Both the position numbers and the translations under genes were made by a program. A DNA stretch of 64,000 nucleotides from TPA_inf: Saccharomyces (lineage: Eukaryota): positions 704,001-768,000 of the forward strand of contig BK006936.2 of NCBI GenBank assembly GCA_000146045.2, read 5' to 3'. Shown piece after piece: positions 1 through 9,003 of this stretch (position 1 is the stretch's first letter; the number at the start of each line of letters is the position of its first letter). The notes beneath the pieces were generated by a model. It was given only the letters and a program-made list of their open reading frames with translations, made no database searches and was not told where the DNA came from.

Positions 1-55
1 ACGGTTTTGTTTCGCGGGAACCACCGTTAGGCATTAGTCTTTCAGTTTCAGCCAT
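1..55 (-). CDS. YBR241C: N-terminal 18 codons of a CDS running off the window edge. The minus strand reads ATG GCT GAA ACT GAA AGA CTA ATG CCT AAC GGT GGT TCC CGC GAA ACA AAA CCG (MAETERLMPNGGSRETKP). Consistent with YBR241C, a sugar-transporter-like vacuolar membrane protein.
   Basis: Open minus-strand frame starting at ATG (reverse complement of 53-55) and continuing to position 1. Position is immediately upstream and divergent from YBR242W, as in chrII synteny. Only 18 codons are visible, so identity rests mostly on synteny. Confidence 0.45.
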   Translation of the reverse strand, partial: MAETERLMPNGGSRETKP

Positions 56-438
56 GACTTAGTTTGTTATGCCTTAGTCTCTGTGTTTTGTTGTTGTTCC
101 AAGAGAGAAAGATATTCAGCAACTTTTGTTCTCCTGTTATTCCCTTAATCAGGAAGCAACTTTAAGGGAAATCCATTTCATCCCTCACACTTCCCATCTT
201 TTCTCGGACAACCTTACATTACGCCTACGACGTATGACTACACAAGCAAGTTCGTTTTACAGACCGCGTATCATTGCTCGTTACAGCTCTACCAAAAGTG
301 TACCGAGCACTGTGCCCAGAAGCTAAGCTTTTTTCGCTAACATATATATATATTTAGGTAAATCATTTACACTTTTCGTCGATCTAAAAGCTCATCGCAT
401 TTTTTCGGTCCTGATGTTAAAAATTTATTTCGTTTATT

Positions 439-452
439 AAAAAAAAAAAAAA
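439..452. promoter_or_regulatory. 14-nt poly(dA:dT) tract in the YBR241C/YBR242W divergent promoter, a likely nucleosome-excluding element. Similar tracts lie at about 10609-10620, 19666-19680, 47218-47232 and 63791-63804.
   Basis: Homopolymer A runs read directly. Long dA:dT tracts are typical of yeast promoter nucleosome-depleted regions. Confidence 0.5.
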
Positions 453-669
453 CATTACTGAAACGTATAAAAGAAAAGTCTTAATCTATAAATATGGTTT
501 TATCATAATTAGACTGTTTTACTCTGTCCATTGGTCATTATAAAGCCTGAAAATACCCACTGAATGGTTTTTTTCGCAGGAGCAAACCTTTTCCATTTCT
601 AATAAACCTTCTGCACTATTTTTATTCTCATAAAAAACAATTGTCAAAGAAAGCCTACATAAAAAAAAT

Positions 670-1386
670 ATGACAGCAACGATCACAAATAAGAAATCAT
701 GCTCTGGTTCTGTTGAGGCAGGAAAGACACGTTTAACAACTGAATGGAAGCCTGAAAGCCAAGTACCCCAATATGTTAAAAATGAGCTCTCTAAACCCCA
801 TCCAAACTATATCCTGGCGTTTTTGAACGTGGTACAGCAATTAAAAATTCAGAGAAGAACCGGTTATCTTGACCTCGGTATTAAAGAATGTGAAAGCATA
901 TCAGATCACATGTACAGATTGAGCATAATCACCATGCTGATCAAGGATTCGCGGGTTAACCGCGATAAATGTGTCCGGATCGCATTGGTGCACGATATCG
1001 CCGAATCTTTAGTTGGCGATATTACTCCAGTTGACCCTATTGGGAAGGAAGAAAAGCATCGTCGGGAATGGGAAACCATAAAATATCTATGTAATGCTCT
1101 GATCAAGCCATACAATGAGATCGCGGCAAAGGAAATTATGGACGATTGGTTGGCTTATGAAAATGTCACCTCATTGGAAGCTAGATACGTGAAAGATATC
1201 GATAAATATGAAATGCTTGTACAATGTTTTGAGTACGAGAGGGAATACAAAGGAACGAAAAACTTCGATGATTTCTTTGGGGCTGTAGCTAGCATAAAAA
1301 CAGACGAAGTAAAGGGCTGGACAAGTGACCTTGTCGTGCAGCGCCAAAAATACTTCGCCGATTTGACTCAATCGATAACTAAATAA
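670..1386 (+). CDS. YBR242W: HD-domain metal-dependent phosphohydrolase (5'-deoxynucleotidase, YfbR-like), 238 aa
   Basis: Full ORF with an H...HD motif (ALVHDIAESLVGDITP) typical of the HD superfamily. Neighbours are ALG7 and GPX2. Confidence 0.8.
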   Translation: MTATITNKKSCSGSVEAGKTRLTTEWKPESQVPQYVKNELSKPHPNYILAFLNVVQQLKIQRRTGYLDLGIKECESISDHMYRLSIITMLIKDSRVNRDKCVRIALVHDIAESLVGDITPVDPIGKEEKHRREWETIKYLCNALIKPYNEIAAKEIMDDWLAYENVTSLEARYVKDIDKYEMLVQCFEYEREYKGTKNFDDFFGAVASIKTDEVKGWTSDLVVQRQKYFADLTQSITK

Positions 1387-1446
1387 TTATCATAAATACC
1401 AACTTTTGCGTCATAAAAGTACAAAGTAACTACCAATACATAATCT

Positions 1447-2793
1447 TCAACGTACTGTCCATAGGTTGTCGTGGCCAAAGATGATAGCGCCTATAGCGTG
1501 TCTTCCAAGTAAAGCCAAAATTCCAATGCAGAATTGCAACTTCAAGATTGTATTGCACAATTTGTCTTCCCTCATAGGGCCAAACCATACTAATGTCAAG
1601 TTTATTAACGTCATATTAGAGGTGCTAATAATCTCATTATTTTCATCAAATTCCAGGTCAATCAAATGGAGACAGTATAGTAACTTCAAGATCGGTTTAA
1701 AAATGCTCTTTGGCGGTTCTTCTTTTAAGTTTGCTCTTGATGGATACATTAAACCGTCTTTTTCATTAAATTTAGGTAACCTATGTCTCGGGCAGGGGAC
1801 CAATTTGAATAGCTGAGGACATGAATAAATAAAATTAACGATTTGAGGAATGAATAGCAAAAGCATCGTCTTTGAAAAATGACCCAGTATACCAACGACT
1901 GCGAATACCATTCCAGCGAAATAACAATATGTATCTCCCACAAACACTGTGGCGGGCCAACGATTCCATTTCCATAGCGCCAAGGATACACCCAAAAATG
2001 GGATAATCAAAACAGCGGAAAACCTATGGGAGTCTCTTGTGGCTAATGGCCCCATCGAGAAGTACAGCAAATCGTTCAATAGCGCTAAGATGGCCAACAC
2101 TATACATTGGCCAACCTCTAAACCATTAACACCTGCCAGGATGTTGATGGAGTTGGGGCAAAAAATTGCCATCGATGCCATATAAACATAATACCACAGC
2201 CCCAAATCAACACTAGTCTTTTTCAACCAGCGTTCCATGAATCCGGGAATAAGTACATGCGTAACTCCAAAATCCACATAATAAACCATTAGCAGTGGGA
2301 TGGCTGCAATGGCAGGCAAGAAAAACTTATGTCTCCAACGTAAATCAAATAAATCATCAGCGATACCCAAGAGGACCGTACTTTCCAAGCATAGGATAGC
2401 GCTCAAATATTCAGATAGTTTATCATGAGGAAAAATATTAGAATTCATACCGTTATCTTCAACCACTGAGACATCGCGATGGCCCCCACCTGAAGTGGTT
2501 ATGACCATATACTTGTAGAAAATGAAGGGAATGTAAATGAACATTACAAATAAATAAACTGCAGCAGGGATAGCACCTATTGTTTCTGGAAGCACCGGAC
2601 GGCCAGGTTTACTCAAGTCCTTACCGAATAGGCCTATTTTGATGAAGGATTTGCCCACACGTGGAATCAACATATCTGTAGCTAAATAGCCTGCTATACC
2701 AAATCCCACGGCCGCAACAAGAGCAGATGGGCCCTGATTTTTGGAATAGTAGATTAAGCATGTGATAAGTGCCAGTGAAAAAAGTCGCAACAT
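1447..2793 (-). CDS. ALG7: UDP-GlcNAc:dolichyl-phosphate GlcNAc-1-phosphate transferase (GPT, the tunicamycin target), 448 aa, polytopic membrane protein
   Basis: 448-aa multi-TM ORF with the glycosyltransferase family 4 / MraY-WecA-like profile (VGQCIVLAILALLNDL etc.). Length and position match YBR243C. Confidence 0.85.
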   Translation of the reverse strand: MLRLFSLALITCLIYYSKNQGPSALVAAVGFGIAGYLATDMLIPRVGKSFIKIGLFGKDLSKPGRPVLPETIGAIPAAVYLFVMFIYIPFIFYKYMVITTSGGGHRDVSVVEDNGMNSNIFPHDKLSEYLSAILCLESTVLLGIADDLFDLRWRHKFFLPAIAAIPLLMVYYVDFGVTHVLIPGFMERWLKKTSVDLGLWYYVYMASMAIFCPNSINILAGVNGLEVGQCIVLAILALLNDLLYFSMGPLATRDSHRFSAVLIIPFLGVSLALWKWNRWPATVFVGDTYCYFAGMVFAVVGILGHFSKTMLLLFIPQIVNFIYSCPQLFKLVPCPRHRLPKFNEKDGLMYPSRANLKEEPPKSIFKPILKLLYCLHLIDLEFDENNEIISTSNMTLINLTLVWFGPMREDKLCNTILKLQFCIGILALLGRHAIGAIIFGHDNLWTVR

Positions 2794-2900
2794 ATAGTCT
2801 ACTTTTTGTTACCGTTCTCCGCCTTGCTCTACTTGATAAAGTTTTTATTTACATATTTCACAGTTATATACACATGTTAACAATTTAATTTTCGCGCTGT

Positions 2901-3274
2901 TTAGTAAAGCATTTTTCGAGATTGAGGCAATATAAAAGGAAAGGGCCATATACAGGAGATGAAGGAAACCTGTACTATTATTGTATTAAACACATGGTAG
3001 TAGCTAGAAAAAATTCATGCATCAACCTCTGTGTTTGTATTCGTAACATATAAATCCACAAGAAATTTTTTACTCATCATCCGCTAAAAAAAGGAAAATA
3101 CGGACGTTACTTACTAAATGTACGACGAACATGTACACAAATCTTGACTATTTTTGATAGATGCAGTCTCTTGAAATGACCAACGACTCAGTAGTGTTTT
3201 CCAAGCAATTTTACTTTCAACTGTTTAATATTTTTTAGAGGCTACTCGGCCGGCCATATCTAGACAATTAGTAA
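2901..3274. promoter_or_regulatory. Cluster of three Yap1-response-element-type heptamers in the ALG7/GPX2 divergent intergenic region: TTAGTAA at 2901-2907, TTACTAA at 3111-3117 and TTAGTAA at 3268-3274. A TATAAAAG sits at 2931-2938.
   Basis: Exact matches to the YRE consensus TTA(C/G)TAA read directly from the sequence, 250-630 bp upstream of the GPX2 ATG. GPX2 is known to be induced by oxidative stress through Yap1. Confidence 0.5.
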
Positions 3275-3527
3275 TTCCGATGACAAAGAGTTTAAAACCA
3301 CAATATCTGCCACACATATCGTGAAAGGCATTAGTTCCATTGTCTCCGTATTAGTGCAAAGCCCCTAAGCCAGCCTGCTTTAAAAAATGTGCAGGTACTT
3401 TTGTTATTGTTTTGATATATAAAGAACTACTATTTGCTAATATGTGATGTAGCGCAGAGAACTTGCATTTCCCTGCATGGCTGACCTTGACAAGAATACA
3501 ATTAGCAACAAAAAGTAATAATTCAAA

Positions 3528-4016
3528 ATGACCACATCTTTTTATGATTTAGAATGCAAGGACAAGAAAGGCGAATCTTTTAAGTTTGACCAACTGAAAG
3601 GCAAAGTAGTTCTCATAGTTAATGTTGCCTCCAAGTGCGGCTTCACGCCGCAGTATAAAGAATTGGAAGAACTATACAAAAAATATCAAGATAAGGGGTT
3701 TGTTATTTTGGGGTTCCCATGTAATCAGTTCGGGAAGCAGGAACCGGGCTCTGATGAACAAATTACGGAATTTTGCCAGTTGAATTATGGCGTTACATTC
3801 CCAATTATGAAGAAGATTGATGTTAACGGAAGTAATGCTGACTCTGTCTATAATTATTTGAAAAGCCAAAAAGCAGGTTTACTAGGTTTCAAGGGTATCA
3901 AATGGAATTTTGAAAAGTTCTTAGTTGATTCCAATGGTAAGGTTGTCCAAAGATTTTCCTCCTTAACAAAACCATCGTCCTTGGACCAAGAAATCCAAAG
4001 CCTGTTAAGTAAATGA
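3528..4016 (+). CDS. GPX2: Glutathione peroxidase / thioredoxin-dependent phospholipid hydroperoxide peroxidase, 162 aa
   Basis: GPx family signatures including the active-site Cys context (NVASKCGFT) and the FPCNQFG motif. 162 aa, matching YBR244W. Confidence 0.9.
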   Translation: MTTSFYDLECKDKKGESFKFDQLKGKVVLIVNVASKCGFTPQYKELEELYKKYQDKGFVILGFPCNQFGKQEPGSDEQITEFCQLNYGVTFPIMKKIDVNGSNADSVYNYLKSQKAGLLGFKGIKWNFEKFLVDSNGKVVQRFSSLTKPSSLDQEIQSLLSK

Positions 4017-4149
4017 TATCTTTGTCTATAATCAAGCAATTATCCGGAACAATAAATAATACATTTATAGATTAGTATGATTATATATTTTTCTTCAGAA
4101 GCATGGTGTAGGATATATTAAAAAAAATCGAAATATAAAAAAAGAAGGT

Positions 4150-7100
4150 TTAATGAGTGGTTTCGTTTTCCGGAATTTTCTCTGCTACCAACTGTTCAGT
4201 TCCAACATTCGACGTATCCTCAATCTTCGCTTTTTTGCTCTCTACTCCATCAACGTTCTCCTTCTCATTAGCGGTCTGATCTGCAAATTCTTCCCTTATC
4301 CTTTTACCATTTTCATCTTCTTTCTTCATTCTATCTTTAGTGGCGTCATCCAATACAATCCCTGCGTTAAATTCCTTTTCCAAGCATTGCAGTAATGTAT
4401 TTCCTCTTCTGGCTAGCTCTACAGGTGTCCTGCTTCTGAAGTAAAAGTCTAATTCGAATAGGGGACAATCTCTAATTTCATCACGCACTAATTCGTATAC
4501 GTCATCTCTATCCAAGCCATACTTGAATAACATGAGAAGGATAAAACGATCTTCTTCTTCAGAGTACGTCCTTTTGTTGTTAGAAGAAGGAGGATGTTTT
4601 AATTTCAAATCGAAGAATGGATTCTTATACTCAGACAACTTCCGACGTAAAGCCTCTTGTTGCATTTTGACACGCTTGATCTTCTCTTCTTCATTCTCAA
4701 TTATTTTCAGATATTTCTCATAATCTTCAATTCTTTCAATGTTAGACCAGAAGGCCTTAGCATATGCGCGAACTTCCTCTAGTGTTTTGCCAGGGGCCAA
4801 TTCTCTCGCAATGGCTTGAATGGAGTTCCTACCGTATTTACCAGATACCGTGATGAATTTTCTAAATTCTAATTTATTCCAATTTGTAAATCCTTCAGAC
4901 TCCCAATCAGCCTTCATCTTTTCTTCCTCTTCAGTTAATGGTTGCGAGTTGTTAACCGACAATTTTAACAATTCCAATTTTTGTTTCTTTTCTTCTTCAT
5001 CTGAAATATCGCCATATGCTGCTTTTACGTCATCCATGGTCGGTACATAACCAGTCTTCTTCGCCGTCCACATTCTTTCCTTTTCGTACAGGACTTTCAA
5101 TTGGGGAGGTTGTAATTGATGGGAATGGAAGACATGAGGCTTAGGCATTCTGGGGTGTGATGGGGTCGAGGACCTTCCTGTATTCAAAACATCTTTATAA
5201 TAATTATCAATAGAGTAATTTTCCTTACGTTCACGTTTGGTGGGGTTGAGCAGTAGCGGACTTATAATATCCCTTTGTATTTTCTTCTTGAAATCTTGAC
5301 CATTCCATTCATAGGCCGAATCTTGGTTGAATTTTTGCAAATCATCAAGACCTAAAGTTTCATATTTTGCATTTAATGACTTAGTTTTGTTTTCTGATTT
5401 CAGTAAAAGTTCGTCCAGATCAATATCATCTCCTTTTTCTCCTGAACCAGGTTCCGGCGTACCAGCTGAACCGGTAGATGTACCACTTTTGAATACATCG
5501 GCGGCACCATGTTGAATCATGGATAATAAAGCATCTTTGGAATCTGCTTTATTTTCCTTCTTTTTCAAAGAAGTCCTGTTTTGCTGGATAACTAATTGAT
5601 CTAATCTTAACTTCTGGGTAGCCCTTTCTAAAATTTTCTCTTCCACGGAGTTATCTGTGACCAAACGGAATACCTTGACCTGCTTCTTCTGACCAATACG
5701 ATGCGCTCTATCCATTGCTTGTAAATCTGCTTGTGGGTTCCAATCTGAATCATACAAGACAACGACATCTGCTGACGTTAAATTGATACCTAACCCACCT
5801 GCACGTGTCGTTAATAAGAAAACAAACTTCTTAGAATCAGGAGCATTATAATCATCAATGGCTTGAATTCTATCTTCGTGAGCGGTGGAACCGTCGATCC
5901 TGCAATATTCATAGTTTCTGAAGTAGCAATAATCCTCGAGAATATCCAATAATCTTGACATTTGACTGAAAATCAGAACTCTAGAACCTTCTTCCTTCAA
6001 TTTCTTCAATAACTTATCCAAAACTTGAAGTTTGGCAGCGTTATAAACCAAGTGCTCATCCGTAGTGTACGGTGGACCTGGCTCAGCACCATCGAATAAA
6101 TATGGATGATTACAACATTTTCTAAGTTGCATCATGATATTTAAAAGTCTTGTTTTGGATTCCTTGCTGCCATTAGACCCGTTCACAGCGTCCAGATCCT
6201 TTTCCAAAATCTTTTTGTACCATTTCTTCTGCATGCTAGACATACCGACATATAAATTCAGTTCCTTTTTAGGCAGTAAGGATGTTTCCACATCGCTTTT
6301 GATACGACGTAGTAGAAAAGGCTGTAAAACAGTGTGGAGTTGCTTGACAATTTTATCCTGATCTTCCTCTGTGCTTTCAGAAGAAAACCAATCGTCGAAA
6401 TCTTGTGCATCGGAAAAGATATCTGGTAACAAAAAATTTAATAACGCCCATAGTTCATGCAAATTGTTTTGCAAAGGAGTACCAGTAATCAACAGCCTAT
6501 TACGTGAGGTAAATTCCCTTAAGACTTGCGAAAGCATTGACTCTTCATTCTTGATTCTGTGAGCCTCATCAATGATAATATACTCCCAGTTAATCTTCTT
6601 AAGGGGCGACTTTTCTCTTATAATAATTTCATAAGAAGCAATCACAACATCAAAGTCACAACCTAAAAGTTTTTTTTGGATCAGTTCAGCTCTTTCTTCT
6701 TTATCTCCTTGCAAAATAAAGGCGTTTACGTCTGGCGTCCATCTATTTATTTCTCTCAGCCAATTATTTAAGGTAGACTTAGGCGCAATGACTAAAAATG
6801 GACCTGGAATTTTTTCAATGTACCTAAGATATCCCAGAAATGAAATAGTTTGCAGGGTCTTACCTAAACCCATTTCATCAGCAAGGATACCCGCTATTTT
6901 GTTCTTATGCAGAGACACCAACCAGTTGACACCTTGGATTTGATAAGGTCTCAATTGACCATTAACGTAAGCAGGTGATTCTCTGAATTGGAATTCAATG
7001 CTCTCATCATCATCCGAGTCTTCTTCTTTCAATAATTCCGCATCTTCTTCGTGTTCAGTCTTTCGTCTACGAACATCTTGGTGTTTGCCTTTGCCTTTGC

Positions 7101-7539
7101 CATTTGCTTTATTTTCTTCTAATACATCTAAGACCTGCCTGAATTTGGGATCTTTAGCGGCTTTACTTTCAATAAAATGCTTGAATAAACCACTCAAGGA
7201 TAGCAGATGTTCAAATCTTTTTGTAGTGCCTTCCAGATCAAACTTTTTACCATTAGCATCCTTCAGCAGGTAACGTTTTTTATTCGATTCAGGATCATGT
7301 GGAGGGAGACCGACCTGGAACGGTTTTAAATTCTCCAAGTACTCTTCTGAAGCAGTCATAATTGAACCAGATGAAATACAATCGTATTTTTTTTTTTCTT
7401 GCAAAAATATGGCGAGAATAATTTTGAATAGGTTCTCATCTTTGTCCTTTTCATTGCAAGAATTGTTTTCGTGTTTTTTTCTCATTCTAGTATAGAACTT
7501 GAAAAAGTGAAAATTTGCAATAGCTAACATATAGGCCAT
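4150..7539 (-). CDS. ISW1: ISWI-family SNF2 chromatin-remodelling ATPase (DEAH helicase motifs, HAND-SANT-SLIDE C-terminus), 1129 aa as the full ORF
   Basis: DEAH-box and helicase C motifs (LADEMGLGKTLQT, DEAHRIKN, LLTGTPLQNNLHEL, DSDWNPQADLQAMDRAHRIGQ) plus a SANT/SLIDE tail. Located beside GPX2 as YBR245C is. The first 60 codons are compositionally odd (see findings); an internal Met at codon 61 (MTASEEYLENL) is an alternative start. Confidence 0.9.
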   Translation of the reverse strand: MAYMLAIANFHFFKFYTRMRKKHENNSCNEKDKDENLFKIILAIFLQEKKKYDCISSGSIMTASEEYLENLKPFQVGLPPHDPESNKKRYLLKDANGKKFDLEGTTKRFEHLLSLSGLFKHFIESKAAKDPKFRQVLDVLEENKANGKGKGKHQDVRRRKTEHEEDAELLKEEDSDDDESIEFQFRESPAYVNGQLRPYQIQGVNWLVSLHKNKIAGILADEMGLGKTLQTISFLGYLRYIEKIPGPFLVIAPKSTLNNWLREINRWTPDVNAFILQGDKEERAELIQKKLLGCDFDVVIASYEIIIREKSPLKKINWEYIIIDEAHRIKNEESMLSQVLREFTSRNRLLITGTPLQNNLHELWALLNFLLPDIFSDAQDFDDWFSSESTEEDQDKIVKQLHTVLQPFLLRRIKSDVETSLLPKKELNLYVGMSSMQKKWYKKILEKDLDAVNGSNGSKESKTRLLNIMMQLRKCCNHPYLFDGAEPGPPYTTDEHLVYNAAKLQVLDKLLKKLKEEGSRVLIFSQMSRLLDILEDYCYFRNYEYCRIDGSTAHEDRIQAIDDYNAPDSKKFVFLLTTRAGGLGINLTSADVVVLYDSDWNPQADLQAMDRAHRIGQKKQVKVFRLVTDNSVEEKILERATQKLRLDQLVIQQNRTSLKKKENKADSKDALLSMIQHGAADVFKSGTSTGSAGTPEPGSGEKGDDIDLDELLLKSENKTKSLNAKYETLGLDDLQKFNQDSAYEWNGQDFKKKIQRDIISPLLLNPTKRERKENYSIDNYYKDVLNTGRSSTPSHPRMPKPHVFHSHQLQPPQLKVLYEKERMWTAKKTGYVPTMDDVKAAYGDISDEEEKKQKLELLKLSVNNSQPLTEEEEKMKADWESEGFTNWNKLEFRKFITVSGKYGRNSIQAIARELAPGKTLEEVRAYAKAFWSNIERIEDYEKYLKIIENEEEKIKRVKMQQEALRRKLSEYKNPFFDLKLKHPPSSNNKRTYSEEEDRFILLMLFKYGLDRDDVYELVRDEIRDCPLFELDFYFRSRTPVELARRGNTLLQCLEKEFNAGIVLDDATKDRMKKEDENGKRIREEFADQTANEKENVDGVESKKAKIEDTSNVGTEQLVAEKIPENETTH

Positions 7540-7590
7540 AATAGGGTATTTCTACATCCACCTCTAGCTGGTTTTTGCATAGCTATACAT

Positions 7591-8754
7591 ATGGACTCTA
7601 TTCAAGAATCAGATGTACTAAATGCAGTGAAAACAAAACTACCGCCGTGTTGTTTGAGAATATTCAGGAATAAGATCATCCTTGTTGGGACGTATGATTT
7701 AGATAAGTCAACTGGATACAGGTCAGGCTCACTGGATGTCTTCACAATGGACCTCAAACTTTTATGTTCGAATAATACGTATGGCGCAATCCTAGATTTG
7801 AAGTTATCCCCCTTTGATGATACATTGATATGCACGGCCCATTCGACAGGTAATATCATGCTATGGAGGATACGGTGCACAGATAAGGATGATTTCCAAT
7901 CAAACGAACTAGATATTCATGCAATTGCAAATCTACAACTCTTTGAAAAAGATGTTCTCATTGCCTCGTGCCATTTTTCCCCACTTGATTGTAAGAAATT
8001 ACTTGTAACAAATACGGCAGGCGAAGCAGCTACCATTGATATAAGAACACTATCTGTACAGTTCACGGCATCAGCAATCGCGCAGGCTTACTCAAAACTA
8101 GATAAAATAGATTACGAAGTTCAAGGTGCAACCGAAAAAGTCATTCATGTTGAATCGGGACAATTTTTGAAACCCCATGAACTCGAGTGTTGGACTGCGG
8201 AATTTGGATCTCTACAGCCTTTTCAAGACGTTGTATTTACAGGAGGTGATGATTCGAGAATTATGGCCCACGACTTACGTTCCAAAGAATTCATTTGGAG
8301 TAATAATCGTATTCATGATGCTGGTGTTGTTAGCATTAAGTGTAGTCAACCTAACTTTCGAAATAATAAACCCACGTCCATAATAACTGGATCCTATGAT
8401 GATAACATTCGTTCTCTGGATTTAAGGATGATGGGTGAGTCCATATTTCCTGGTGCAAATGTCCCCACAGTTAATAAATTGGCGTGTGATCTTGGTGGCG
8501 GTGTTTGGAGATTTGTTGAATCCCCCATTGATCAGGAACAATCTCACCACAACGGCTCCGATCGGCTTTTAGTTTGTTGCATGTACAATGGTGCCAAGGT
8601 GGTGACCATGAATGATAATTCCGATGAGTATTTTCAAATTCAACATTATCTGAAGAAGGGCCATGATTCGATGTGTTACGGTGGCGACTGGTCAAATTCT
8701 TTGATCGCAACATGCTCATTTTATGATAATTCCTTGCAAACATGGATAGTTTAG
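7591..8754 (+). CDS. RRT2: WD40-repeat protein, diphthamide-synthesis methylesterase DPH7 / RRT2, 387 aa
   Basis: 387-aa ORF with WD-repeat character. Size and position match YBR246W. Confidence 0.75.
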   Translation: MDSIQESDVLNAVKTKLPPCCLRIFRNKIILVGTYDLDKSTGYRSGSLDVFTMDLKLLCSNNTYGAILDLKLSPFDDTLICTAHSTGNIMLWRIRCTDKDDFQSNELDIHAIANLQLFEKDVLIASCHFSPLDCKKLLVTNTAGEAATIDIRTLSVQFTASAIAQAYSKLDKIDYEVQGATEKVIHVESGQFLKPHELECWTAEFGSLQPFQDVVFTGGDDSRIMAHDLRSKEFIWSNNRIHDAGVVSIKCSQPNFRNNKPTSIITGSYDDNIRSLDLRMMGESIFPGANVPTVNKLACDLGGGVWRFVESPIDQEQSHHNGSDRLLVCCMYNGAKVVTMNDNSDEYFQIQHYLKKGHDSMCYGGDWSNSLIATCSFYDNSLQTWIV

Positions 8755-8780
8755 AAAAAAAAATTCAGTCTGCAATATAT

Positions 8781-8836
8781 GGACTAATATATAGGCTAAT
8801 ATATAGGCTAATATATAGGCTAATATATAGGCCATA
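8781..8836. repeat. Perfect 12-bp tandem repeat GGCTAATATATA, about 4.6 copies (first copy GGACTAATATATA), in the RRT2/ENP1 convergent 3' intergenic region
   Basis: Read directly: ggactaatatata ggctaatatata ggctaatatata ggctaatatata ggccatat. Confidence 0.95.
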
Positions 8837-9003
8837 TTTTGATGATTTCGATAGATTATGCATAAAGAATTGATAGGAAGGAACTTGCCTGAACAATAAT
8901 CTTTTACTCTATATTTTCTACTTATTATACATGATTCAGAAGCTTTGTTGAAAGGGGGAAAGACCGAGCGATATAAAATTGATGAAAAATTGATATTACA
9001 GCA

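Noticed and set aside
126-326. 66-codon + strand ORF in the YBR241C/YBR242W divergent promoter
   Set aside because: It lies in a promoter region. The translation has no recognisable features and the ORF is short enough to arise by chance. The adjacent real CDS (the YBR241C N-terminus) is on the other strand.
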